Shown here: positions 12,736 to 25,255 of the stretch, in pieces
Numbering within the stretch: position 1 is the first letter of the stretch
Layout: each line of letters starts with the position of its first letter
Assembly: GCF_018350175.1 (NCBI RefSeq)
Contig: NC_058368.1
Coordinates: 13,890,001-13,954,000 of the forward strand
Reading direction: 5' to 3'
Length of the DNA: 64,000 bases
Origin: Felis catus
Taxonomy: Eukaryota
Translations under genes and position numbers: made by a program
Notes under the pieces: model-generated
Told to the model about the DNA's origin: nothing
Database searches by the model: none
What the model saw: the letters and a program-made list of their open reading frames with translations, nothing else

Positions 12736-13480
12736 AGTAAGAGTTTTTTATTCAAACCAGTCTCCATTGGCAACACAGATAAGATACTCTGGAGACTGTA
12801 TTTGTAGGTTACATTTGTAAATTCAGGATCTGTATGTATCAGTCTCTTTGTTGATGGAAATGAAAAACAGCCTCCAATAAGAAAAAGTAATTTCTATATG
12901 ACTCAGGCTCATTACTCCTATTTTTGAATATTATGTGGAATAGAGATACAGAGACCATAGTAATATTTCTTAAAAATTTACGTTTTCTCTCTTTGCTTTG
13001 TTTCCATAGTATAGCTGCTTTTGATCCTCTTATCCTAGAACTTGTCAAGAAAATCAGCACACAGTTCTAACCTTGTAAATTCTTAGTATTCCTCTTTCTT
13101 CTCTCTATATTACAAAGCCTAAAATAATTTCCATTTAGACTGGTAAGACAGTCTCAGGGTGGCAGGAGTAAGAGACTCAGCAGGCCAAGCCAGAATTCTC
13201 TTGAGTAGGCACAGGGAAAGAAAGACCAGGAATAATACTCAAACATGAATAATTCTTGTCATCTAAAAAATTAATTAATTATGGAAGACAGCAGCAATTT
13301 GTTGCAGTGATTCCAATTTCTTATAGAACATTCAGTAGTGATTTTACCTCAACTTCTCCTTCATTAAAAAAAATACAACAACCTGTAATTTATTTTTTTC
13401 TTAAGAGGTTTTTTGTTAATCTGCCTGCATTAAACAGTCTGTTTTAAAATAAAAAAAAACGCTTTTCTCTAAAATTTATC

Positions 13481-13685
13481 TTTTTTTTTTTTTTAATGTT
13501 CATTTATTTTTGAGAGAGACAGAGCACAGATGGGGGAGGGGCAGAGGGAGACACAGAATCTGAAGAAGGCTCCAGGCTCTGAGTTGTCTGCACAGAGCCC
13601 AGGGCAGGGCTCAAACTCACCAACTGTGAGATCATGACCTGAGCTGAAGTTGGACACTTAACAGACTGAGCCACCCAGGTGCCCT
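13481..13685 (-). mobile_element. Can-SINE
   Basis: T tail; ends gagccacccaggtgccc; TSD-like tctaaaat(t/g). Confidence 0.93.
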
Positions 13686-14016
13686 TCTAAAATGTGTCTT
13701 TCATCTTATGTACCTAGTTAGAAGCTTCTAGAGAGCATGCCCCTATTTATTTGAACTCATTTTTGTAGTATACAGCTTCTGAAGATGAATCTTTAGTTTT
13801 AACTGCTTTTATTTTTAAGAAATAACATAATTTATCCATCCTCTTTTATACCCCTGCAGTATAGGCCTACCTTATCTTAAATAACTTAGTAAAGATTTAT
13901 CAATCATGGCTATGTTTATGCCATTTTAAAGTCTATTGAAAACTTGGTCTCAGTAAGTTTGTCTCTTCATATATTTACTACTTGTTTTAAAGCGCTGCTT
14001 CTTTTGGCTTATCCGT

Positions 14017-14340
14017 AGCTGTACTGTCCACGGTAGAAGCCCCTGTGTTTTGTGGCTGTCAAGCACTTCTTACAGCACAGCTAATAAGAATTTAGATATG
14101 CTTTAAGTTTAAATACAGCGTTTCAAAGCCTTAGATGAGGAAATAATGTAAAATACCTCATTATTAATTTTTATGTTGGTTTCATGTTGAAATGAAATTA
14201 TCTTGGTTATATTGCCACTTGGGTTATTTATTAATTTATAAAGTGAGTTAACTTCACCTGTTCCATTTTAGTTCTTTTAATGTGGCTATTAGATAACTTT
14301 TAAATTATATATGTGGTTCACATTATATTTCTTTTAGTTT
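14017..14340. mobile_element. MER33 (hAT-Charlie) MITE
   Basis: aatgtaaaatacctcattattaatttttatgttgg...catgttgaaatga; ttaatgtggctattaga...taaattatatatgtggttcacattatatttct. Confidence 0.75.
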
Positions 14341-14480
14341 TTGTCTATAACTAACTTAATTGTTAGGTATACAGGTGACTCAGGAATTAGGTCTTGTGTT
14401 GAAAACTTTGGGAAATAAATTACACTTTGCATGATTTTCTAAACTATCATACTTACCCTTTATCTTCTTTTATTAAAACC

Positions 14481-14503
14481 TTTTTAATGTTTATTTATTT
14501 TTT

Positions 14504-14534
<31 letters not shown>

Positions 14535-14694
14535 CGAGGAAGGGGCAGAGAGAGGAGGAGACAGAATCAGAAGCAGCCTCCAGGCTCTGAGCTGTCAGCA
14601 CAGAGCCCTACGTGGGGCTCGAACCCATGAACCATGAGATCATGACTTGAGCTGAAGTTGAATGCTTAACCAGCTGAGCCACCCAGGTGCTCCC
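14481..14694 (-). mobile_element. Can-SINE
   Basis: tttttaatgtttatttatttttgagaga ... gagccacccaggtgctcc. Confidence 0.93.
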
Positions 14695-15764
14695 TTGCCC
14701 ATTATCTTAGGAGAAAAAAAAAAGAGTCACTAGTGTTATCAGTAAGAAGGGGATAGATTTCAAATTTTTAAGTTATGATTGAGGGAAGGGACAATGGGAA
14801 GAGATTCCTGATGCCTGGTGATGGGTCTGATACAAAGTAAGCACTCAATGATGATTATTTTTTTTTTAAAAAGTGTAGGTTGAGATTTGAAAAGGTGGTG
14901 ATGATAGGGTATATGACATGTATAATTTACTGAGTGAAGTTGTAATTTAAATACAATTGAGTAAACTTGTGTAAATTTCAGCCCTGTGGAGAGAGGAGGT
15001 GAGTTTAGTTTTCATTGCTTACCCTTTTACTGCATGTGAGGAGAAGGAGCTAGATTTCTGTTGGGCATTTGTAGTTCATGATTAAGAGAGAAGGTGGAGG
15101 AAAAGATGATGGGCACTGAGTATGTTAAATTATTTTCAATTTCATCAGTCTCATAAAGTCAGAACTCTAAAAATTAACATTTTATCAAAGTTGAGTTAAC
15201 GGTTTTCCGAAATCTAGAAGAAGATTCAAGCTAGCTTGATATAGTTCAGTTTCAGGATCACCACAAATAAGCCTTTTTCTTAACTGGTCTGGTGTTACTG
15301 TTAACTGTTTTGGTGAACTTTTCTTCCTCTGTAAGGAAATCCTCTTCCTTCCTACTGCTGAAAGGACTCTGGTTTTTCCTTTCTGCCAACCAAATTACAG
15401 TTTTTCATTATGTAGCATTCCAGAATTGAAAGAATGTCCAGAAAAATATGTTAGGTCAAATATTATATGTAATAATGTAGAAACTATTTATAAGGTAGCA
15501 TATTTACTTGTCTTGGTTTTTAAGAGTTGAGCTTTAATGATTCATCTTTATCAAAGTGTGACTTTTCACATTGCAAGTTTCTTTGGAGTATCTTTTCCAT
15601 GCTAAGGTGTGAATTTTTCCCCCCTAGCTGTTAATCTATTCACATGCTTGATTCATTGCTATTATTGTTGAAGTCATCAACCTGGCAGACAGCAGGCCCT
15701 AATTGGGTGGGATTGTAGATTCAGTCTTTTAACCATGCACTTTACTAAGTTTAGATTCAAATGG

Positions 15765-15830
15765 AAATGTAACCCATTTCCTTGGTCTCATTAGTACCAC
15801 ACAGGGACTGACTAAACTAATTGGTCACAG
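15765..15830 (-). mobile_element. LF-SINE-like ancient tRNA-derived SINE head
   Basis: aacccatttccttggtctcattagtaccac resembles the reverse LF-SINE head (gaacccatgaccttggcctcattagcaccatg). Confidence 0.45.
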
Positions 15831-17056
15831 TTCAGTAATATTGCCTGAATGGTCTTGGAGTTGTTTTGAACTATTACCATTTCCTCATTTGGGCCTTAGG
15901 ATCAAAAAGCATTCATTTTTAGGATGACTGACTTATTTCAGGGATGGGTTGAGTAGCTGTGAAGAAGCTATTTTCTCAGTGAAAATACTCATTTAGATAC
16001 TTTTATAGGAATTATGTTGAGCAAATATATTTTAGTCAGATTTGCTGATTTTAAAAATTAATTATATTGGGCTTTTTTAAAATTCCAGAAATAATATTTA
16101 ACCTGATTAGTAATTGCACTCTGAAAGGTAAACTAATGTATTTTAGTTACTGCATGACAAACTGTCATTCAGAATGACAGCTGAACCCAATTACATTGAA
16201 AAATTAGGCTGCCAAACTGAAATAAATTGAAAATGACCTGCCTAGAATGTATGGGACATAGACATTTGCAACATAGATTTCAGTTCCAGGGAGAGAGTGG
16301 TTGGGGCTGGGTCAATATGGTAATGTATTTTGTACCTTAGAGCCTTAATTTATTATCTTCATATGTAAAAGGCATAAAGATATATTAATGGGGAGGTAGT
16401 ATATGAGAATAGAATTTAATAATTACATGTATCACGTTTGTGATATGTTACTAGTTGTGAAAAAGGGACTGTGTTAATGTAGTTTATTCCTAAGGAAAAA
16501 GCAGAGATCTTATAAAAGTTTTGCTTTATACTGTGATAGAGATTAATGTTTAATATATACTGTTATTGAATTATTTTATAGTTGGCTTGACTTATTTTCT
16601 AATTGATTTAAGTATTCAGGGTAGAGTACTATATTTAATTTGCAGGTTATCTACTTCTTTTGTTCATAGTTACTTCTTCTGTGCCCTTCTTTCCACCCCC
16701 ATTTAAATACTGGTCTACTGGGTCTGACTGTATGTACTCATTTTCAACCTGCCCTTCATATCTGACTGCCTATCCCTTTTATTCAAGCAAATATTTATTG
16801 AGTACTCACCATATGTAATGCTAAGCATTGAGGATACAATGATCAAGACAAATCCCTGCCCTGGAGTGCTTAATGCTATAGAGGGTGATAATTACAGGCA
16901 ATTATATCTGTAAGTTCTATGATAGAAACGAATCAGGTTATGGTGGGCCACACTGAAAGGAGAAATGTACTAATGAAGTCAAAGGAAGGCGTCAAGGGAA
17001 GGCTTCACACAAGCAGTTATGCTTGAGCTGAGGTTTGAAAGCTGGCTAGGTCTGTC

Positions 17057-17343
17057 TAGAGCTGTGCAGTCATAGGGTAGACACGAGCCACGTGTGGCTG
17101 GTGAGCACATGAAATGTACCGAAAGCATAAAACGCACACTTGACTCTGAAAACTTGGTATAAAAATCATAATAATTTGAAAATATTTATTACATGTTACA
17201 ATGGTGTTTTACATATATTGGGTTAAATGAAATATAACTGAATTTCTCCTGTTTCTCTTTACATTTTCTTCTATTGTGGTTAATAAAATTTTAAATTTTA
17301 TATATGGCTTACATAATATTTTCACTGGGCAGCACTGGTTTAG
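17057..17343. mobile_element. MER33 (hAT-Charlie) MITE
   Basis: agccacgtgtggctggtgagcacatgaaatgt; atattgggttaaatgaaatata; end tatggcttacataatattttcactgggcagcactg. Confidence 0.75.
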
Positions 17344-18080
17344 AAGGGAATATCTTAAAAATAAATGAACCATTGGAGGGATAGAAATAAACTAATATTC
17401 TAGCATGTTTTCTTTCTTTATATGTATGTATCTGTGTGTGTATATATACATATACAAATATATATTTATACATGCCGACACACACATATATAATCTTTAT
17501 ATTGTTTGAACCACTCATGTTTTCGGTTTTCTTGTTATGTATCAGCAAACCTCATCCTAACTGATGCATTGACTTAATAGCAATAATTTAAAAACCACAT
17601 CTCATTGGGGAAAAACTTGTTCTCCCTGCTCTGGTAAAAATTGCCTAAATAATTCATAGAAATCAATATGGCAACAAATTAAAATGCATCTTATTGTCAG
17701 CAAATACTTTGGAAGGCAAATTGTAAACATTGCTTCAGAGTTGAAGAAGCAGTTACAATAAAATGTAAGAATTGGTTGGATGAAAATTATTTCTAACGTG
17801 TTTTACTAGATATTTGCTTGAATTATTTTCTAGACTGTTTCTTAAAGAAATGACTACTTGTTATGAATTACTATTAGAAAATATATGTGAAAATATACTT
17901 TCTGGAAATTCGTGTTTATCCTGTTTACTAAAACAGAAATTGAGAGGTAGCCATAACTTTACCTGGAAAGCAGGACATAACAGTTTGTTATTTATTTGAT
18001 TTATCAGAATCAGAGTTCCCTATTGTATTTAGAGTGCTAATTTTAGTATTAATTGTCAGGAGTACCATATTTAAAATTTA

Positions 18081-18280
18081 TTTTTTTTAATTTTTTTTGA
18101 GACAGAGACAGAGCATGAACAGGGCAGGGGCAGAGAGAGAGGAAGACACAGAATCTGAAGCAGGCTCCAGGCTCTGAGCTGTCAGCACAGAGCCCGATGC
18201 AGGGCTCGAACTCACTGACTGTAAGATCATGACCTGAGCTGACGTTGGACGCTTAACCGACTGAGCCACCCAGGTGCCCC
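18081..18280 (-). mobile_element. Can-SINE
   Basis: Ends gagccacccaggtgcccc; TSD ggagtaccatattt. Confidence 0.95.
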
Positions 18281-20464
18281 GGGAGTACCATATTTTAAAT
18301 AGGACCCTGATTTTGAATACTAGAATTCTGGAATGCTAGTACATGATAAAGTTTCAAAGATTATCTGGTTTTCAGATATGGAAACCTAGGCACAGGAAAG
18401 TTACTGGTTTAATCTGGGTTACACAGTTTTTAAATTGCCATGCTTTAGGACTGGATTTCAGGTCTCTGAATTTCTAGTCTAGCAATTACTCCTTTTATTA
18501 AATTCAACTTGAGTTACCTGGGCTTGGCTGGTGTGCTAATTTGCTAAGGCTGCTGTCACAGAACAGATAGCTTGAACAGCAGAAATTTATTTTCTCACTT
18601 CCATGTGCAGGAAGAGCCAGGGGAAGAGCATTATCTAGGTGACTAGGTGATTAGTAGGCAAACACTTGATACCCCTTGGATCAAATTAATACTGGAACAA
18701 CACTGGGACCAGTGGGTGCTAGAAATATTGGATTGGAGAAAGAACTGTTGTAAGAAGCTTCTGGGTGATTCACAGCAGTGTCCAGAGTAGAGGACGCGTC
18801 ACAGCAGTGTTCTTGGGATGTCTTGCCTCAAAGCTAGCACGGTGCATTTGGATAATTGTCTAGTTTTTGAGAGTTGGCGACATGTGTTGTCTTCTTCCAT
18901 TACAATTTAAGAGTATATATACTTCAGCAACATTCTTGGATGTTCTAAACCTTGAAAGATTTATAAATACCCAGTGGAGAGGAGAAGGAGATTAATTTAA
19001 ACATATTTTTATTTCTCAGTGGTAATTGGGAGCTAAATTGCTTATTCCTAGGAATAGTATGGTCAAACTTGGGGTAGAATGGGATTGGAAAGATGAATCT
19101 TTTCTTTAAAGACTTCAGATTCTAAAAAGAGAGACTGATGTGTAAATTTAAAAAATACTGAGTAATGTGATCAGGCCTTTGTCGCTTGACTAATCTGAAT
19201 TCAAGTGTTTGTTCTGCCTTTTATTTCTCCTGTGATCTCAAGAAAAAGTGTGTATTAGAATACAACATCACAGAAGAGAAAGCGACAAAACTGTTTGCAG
19301 AAGTCAGGAAAGACTTTAAGGTAGAGGATTCTCTTGAGATTGGATTTGAAGGGTGAGCAGGAGTTTGCTGAGTAGATCGGGTAGAGTGAGAGTATTCTAT
19401 CTACATCTGGAAATTTGGATCAGCATAGTATGTTTAAAGTAGTACCTTCTTTGTAGCAATGTTTTTCTCTCCCATCAAATTACTGCCTATCCTTTAGGAC
19501 TTAGCTTAAGCTTCTGTCTCTGCTAGATTCTTCTCTAATTCAGAGTCAGAGACAATTTTCAGGAAGTTAAGTATTTCCAGTTTTTGCATTACATTAGTTA
19601 TCTTTTAAATACATTAATCTGTCAACAAACTCAGGAGTCACTTGAAATGTGATGTGGTTGGCAAACTGCAGTTGGCAAAATCAAGGTCTCTAGACGTCAA
19701 GGTGGAGGAAGAGCAGGAAAAATAAAAATAATGCTTTAAACATGTATGCTTTTGTGAGTACATAAAGAAAAGTTCTGGAATGAGCTGCTTTCAAAACCAG
19801 AATCTGTTGCTCATTTCCACCAAACATAATAAAATAATGATAGTAGTTACAAGTTTTTGTTAGGTATTCTGCTATGCAGTTGACCGTTCCTGATTTAATA
19901 ATAGCACTTAGGGGTAAGAAAAGAAACACTACTACATTAAATGTACACATCAATTATGAGTTATATGTTGATTTCAGAAATGTTAATATATGAAAAATAT
20001 TTCTTACAATAGAGAAAATATTTTCAATTAAGGTAGTAACTCCATGATATAGGCATTTCTGTCCCCCTTTACACATGAGACAAATGAAGCTGGGTAAATT
20101 TGAAGCTCAGGACTTTGGGCAGTGTGGAGGAGAAGTTTTGGCAAGAGTGGCAAGAGCAAAGCAATACGTGTGTATATTCCGTGTAAGGTGATCTGATTAG
20201 ATAGACTAGTATTGTCTTACTCCTTCAGTATTTCTTGTGTTTCTCTCCTTGAAACAACAGGATTGGTCAGAGAGGACAGCCTGTTCAGTGGTGAAGTCTA
20301 TATAAATAGTGGGTGCTTCTTCTAGATCCATCCTGTACCTGCTCCTTGTAGGCCTTTTACAGCTATGAATTGATGTGCTGGACTATATTTAGATTTATGA
20401 ATTAATGTGCAAATGCTATTTGAGTCAAATCTGTTTTTGTATCCTGGTTTTCTGTAAAGAGCTT

Positions 20465-20570
20465 GGCCTTTGTGGAATGACTAATCTGAATTCAAATCCT
20501 GGCTCTGCCTCTTCTTTGCTTTGTGACCTTGAGCCAAGTATTACATCTCTCTGAGCTTCTGTTTGTCTTC
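20465..20570 (+). mobile_element. MIR fragment
   Basis: ttcaaatcctggctctgcc...tgtgaccttgagccaagt...ctctctgagcttctgttt. Confidence 0.7.
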
Positions 20571-21333
20571 CTCTTTATGTCTGTATCTACACTGCATATA
20601 TGTGGATATATAAGGAAATCCTTATATATGGAGTGAAATAGATGTTATTTTCCTTCCCTCGTATTCCTTTCAAGTGGGAGCTGTGTATATAAATTGTATA
20701 TTTGAAGATCATTATACTTTTAACAGTTTCTGCTTCAATACTGAATGTTTGTTTAGTACATTGCTATTGAAAATGTGGCCCCCAGAAGAGGTTTGCATAT
20801 TTGTAAAATGTTTCTTGGTCTGAGAGGAGATAAGGAGCTTGTGCCAGAATGTAAATCAACTTTGTTAGTAAGCACACTGTTTATTTCAAATATTTTTTTT
20901 CCATAACAAAACTTTCTTTGTGAAAGAAGTGTGTTGATTCATGTTCTGATTCAGCCTTCTCATTCATTGACTGGTACTCTGAGTGGCATGAATGGAGAGT
21001 ACTTTTAGGGGGTACATTTTGAACAAAGTTTAGTTTTACTAATGTTGTGATGCTTTTATTCACTCATTAGAAAGATTTGGTATTGTTAGTGAAAAGATTA
21101 TTGATTTTGGACTTGGATTCTGATCTTGTCTTTGTTACTAATTAGTTGGTCAAGTCATTTAAGCGTTGTAGACTTTATTTTGTGTGACTGAAAATAAAGA
21201 TTGAATTAGAGTATTTTGTGGCACTCTCAGGCCTTAATATGCTAATAATCCATGATCTCTCAATAATGTTTTGTTTTTTTCTTTTAGAATCAGAACATAG
21301 GCCTGATATTAAAATAGAAAATAAGATACACTG

Positions 21334-21489
21334 GGGGCGCCTGGCTGGTTCAATGTCTAACTCTTGATTTTGGCTCAGGTCATGACTCCACGGTCATGGG
21401 ATCAAGCCCCATGTTGGGCTCTGTGCTGGGCATGGAGCCTGCTTGGGATTCTCTCTCTCTGTCCCTCTCTGCCCCTCTCCCCTATTCAT

Positions 21490-21529
<40 letters not shown>

Positions 21530-21543
21530 AAAAAAAAAAAAAA
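21334..21543 (+). mobile_element. Can-SINE
   Basis: ggggcgcctggctgg head, (CT)n, poly(A), TSD agatacactggg. Confidence 0.93.
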
Positions 21544-21802
21544 GAGATACACTGGGACAGAAACATGCTGTAAGAAGTTTTTTTTGTTTTTTTTTAAATA
21601 GGTATTTTTATTAAGCTTTGGTCAACTGTATGCCAAGAAGTTGGTCCTAAAAATATGATGATAATGAAACTATTTTTTATTCATAAGTAGTAATATCCTG
21701 GAGGAGATAGACAAGGAAATATATAAATATAATTGTTAATGTGTTAGTGATATGTACCAAAAGTGTTGAAACAGGAGACTTTGAGAGACTAATTCCCTAG
21801 AA

Positions 21803-22716
21803 CAGTAGTAGGCAAATATTTTCTGTAAAGATCCAGGCATTTTAGGCTTTATGGGCCATATTTTGTTTATTGCCGCTACTCTACTTTGCAGCTGTAGTGG
21901 GAAGGTAGCAACACTAATCTCTGACCTCAATTAGGTGTCCTATAATTATATTGAATTCTGACACTAGAGTTAGTGCAAACCTATAAGCTAAGGGCTTGGT
22001 CCCACAAGACTGTCTCCATTTCAGATGCCAGCTGCAAGTGGGGCTTCCTACATTTCTGCCTGGCTGACTATAGCCCCGCCCCCCAAGTTCAGTAATTTGC
22101 TAGAATGACTCACAGAGCTCAGGAGAGCACAATACTTAGGATTAGTTTTATTATGAAAGCTGCAACTCAGAAAGATCCAAATGGAAGAGACATATAGGTC
22201 AGTATGTTAGAGGTGGGGAGTGGGTACACAGAGCTTCGATGCCCTTTCTGGGCACCCTTGCAGCACATCGATATGTTCAGCAACCTGGAAGCTTCCTGAA
22301 TCTCATTGTTCAATAGTTTTTGTGGACTCATTGTGTAGGTGTGATTGATTTAATTGTTGACCACATAATTGAACTCAGTCTCCAGCCCTGTGCTCACATG
22401 CTTGGTCTTTCATTGGCTGGCTCCTCTCTTTTAAACTATCTAGGGGCTGACCATGAATCACCTTGTTAGCATAACATTAGGTATAATCAAAAGGGACTAA
22501 TTATGGATAACAAAGGACACCTATGAAATGTCAAGGGTTTTGAAGCTATGTGCAAGGAACTGGGGCAAAGACCAAATATATATATTTCAGTTATACTGTG
22601 GTCAACCTTAAATACTATGTCCATGAACGGGCATGGTGGTATTTCAATAAAATCTTATTTACAATGAAGCAGCAAGCTAGAATTGATCTCTAGGCAGTAG
22701 TTTGTAGACCCTTTGC
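21803..22716 (-). mobile_element. MER58A (hAT-Charlie MITE) split by the LTR
   Basis: 21803-21912 (ggcaaatattttctgtaaag...ttttaggctttatgggccata) and 22611-22716 (gggcatggtggtatttcaataaaatcttatttaca...cagtagtttgtagaccc) match the two halves of MER58A. Confidence 0.8.
21915..22600 (-). mobile_element. Solo MER21-like LTR inserted in MER58A
   Basis: Shares motifs with 47271-48015 (gttcagtaatttgctagaatgactcacagagctcagg; caaatggaagaga; ttgaactcagtctccagccc; accaaatatatatatttc). Confidence 0.8.
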
Positions 22717-24635
22717 TCTAAATGGGAATGCCTTCTCCAAGAAGATGACACTTGAATTGTATCTTCTGTTTTTTCAAATTTTTTTGCTGATGTTATACTA
22801 TTTTATAGAATTTTAAAAATAATATGTTACAATATTAGTGATGTAATTTTAGTGAAAATGTCTGTAGTACAGTGGTACTACCATAGAGAGATTTTTATTT
22901 TAGGATGCTTGGTGAGTGATCAAGGAAGTTTTTCCACATGGGTACCTGATTACTAATGTGTGTTTTAATATCCATTGAGAAAGACTTCAGTTCTTCTCAG
23001 ATACTAATTCATTTTTAGTCCTGTAATTAAGAAGGCTTGAGTATTATCTACCAGATAACAACTGGTAGGTGTTATTTTTCTGAATGACCATGATTTTTAT
23101 CATATTCCTTAATTAGTGATATTTTGTCTGATGTGTTGTTGGAATGCTGTTTTTCATCTTTCTATTTTGTTTTGAGTCTCACTTCTTGTTTTTTTTTTTT
23201 TTTTTATTAAAGGAATTAGAGGCTTGGGTTTGAGTTTTATATCCATGACTAAGGAAGACTGTGTAGGTTCCACATTATGAGAGCTGTGCAGTGAGAGAAT
23301 AGAAATGTGGCACTTGGTGCTGTGAAGTAGGGATCAAGGCATGGACATTTAAAAACTTTTGGTTTTTGCCTTTCATTTCTCCTTTTTGCCAGAGTATAAA
23401 TTGTATCCTATTCTTGCCTGGAGATTTCACAATGAAAGAATAATCATGCTGGTAGCAATTAATCAATTTATCTTGTTAATTTAATTACTTAGTATGACTG
23501 AAGTTTCAAATGTGCGTAAAGATGAACATTTTGGAAGGCCTCTAAACAAGGAATTTGGGGAGTGGGCCAGAACTGAACATTTTAAAGTGATGGCAAGGGA
23601 AGGGTTTGGGTTTGCTATTATTCAGTTGCTTGGATGATGTGGTCGTGAGCTCTTAGGTTAGGGAGTGAAGAGAATTGCCCTTATGAGTACATGCAGAAAT
23701 AGTGATGAAAATGAGGGTAATGGAAAAATAATCTTGTATTTTAGGGATAAAATAAAACAAATTAAAAAGAACCAAAGTAAAACTCATTTGTTTTTAAGTC
23801 AGTAGCCACAGATGAGTTACTAGTATCATCTTAAAACTGGAAGGGCAGTAACTTAAGTATGTTTATATGTATGGGCCACAGCAATAGTCTGTCAATCAGT
23901 AACACGTGAATAGTTTATTCCGTTCTTTTAATTGAATATTTTTTTTAAAAAATGAATGCCTGTTAAATGTTGTTGGTACTGAGGCTCATATGGAGATAGT
24001 AATATAATAATAATAATAGTAATTTTTATCTGGTACTTTATGAAGAAGGCTAAGCACCATAATCTGATAATAACCCTGTGAGATAAAGTTCTGTTATCCA
24101 CAGTTTACATACAAAGAAACAAGATTAAGCAATTTATCTTGGGTCGTGCAGGTAGAGTTGGCCTGATGCCCAAGCCTTTTAACAGTTTTATTTTTCCTAG
24201 TGGACATAAATTTCATAAGTTTTTATAAGAGAAATACAAAGAATGATGGACTTTCTGAGGAGGGGCGGTTAACATCTTTAGGGAGTGGAACCTCGGGGAA
24301 ACTTTTATAAAGGAGAGACATGCAAGATTAAGTGAAAATATAAGATGAATGTTTGGTATGGAGTGTACAGAATGAAGAGTTATAGGGGTCATAAAGCTGA
24401 ACCATTTTTTTCATTGTGGCCTTTTGCAAACTACCCCATGCTGATTTTTTTCTCCAGAAAAAAAAAAAATGTTAAGATTTTGAGGCTTTGTAGTTGTGTT
24501 TCACTTCTAGGAGACTTCTCTACTTGTTTACATACCTATGCTTAGGTATTTAAGTGTAACTGTAAATGGATGTAGATTGTATATAATTATGAAATAGGTG
24601 CTAATATTAATCAGTGCTTTAAAGAAATCCATCTT

Positions 24636-24815
24636 GGGACGCCTGGGTGGCTCATTTGGATGAGTGTCCAACTCTTGATTTCAGCTCAGGTTATGATCTC
24701 ACTGCCGTGAAATCGAACCTCACATCTGGCTCTGCACTGAGTGTGGTGCCTGTTTAAGATTCTCTCTCTCTCCCTCTTCTCTGCCCCTCCCCTGCTAGTG
24801 CTGTCTCTCTTTCTC
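24636..24815 (+). mobile_element. Can-SINE lacking an A tail
   Basis: gggacgcctgggtggctca head; the (CT) body runs directly into the repeated flank tccatcttg. Confidence 0.9.
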
Positions 24816-25045
24816 TCCATCTTGATAACTGGGAGTCATTTACTTTCCAGACTAAGGTTCATGAGCTTTAGGATTTTTTTCATATTTCCTGTGCTTGTCA
24901 TCTTACCACTTGGATTTTACCATTTACATTTTACAGAACTCACTTTATCACTTATCCATCCATCAATCCATCTTGTTTTTGGTCTTTTATTTTTGGCATA
25001 TATTTCAAATCAGGTTGTAGCTATACATATCTTTTATTTCAAATT

Positions 25046-25255
25046 TTTTTTTCAACGTTTATTTATTTTTGGGACAGAGAGAGACAGAGCATGAACGGGG
25101 GAGGGGCAGAGAGAGAGGGAGACACAGAATCGGAAACAGGCTCCAGGCTCTGAGCCATCAGCCCAGAGCCCGACGCGGGGCTCGAACTCACGGACGGCGA
25201 GATCGTGACCTGGCTGAAGTCGGACGCTTAACCGACTGCGCCACCCAGGCGCCCC
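25046..25255 (-). mobile_element. Young SINEC_Fc
   Basis: CpG-intact (GGTGGCGCAGTCGGTTAAGCGTCCGACTTCAGCCAGGTCACGATC); perfect TSD catatcttttatttcaaatt. Confidence 0.97.
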
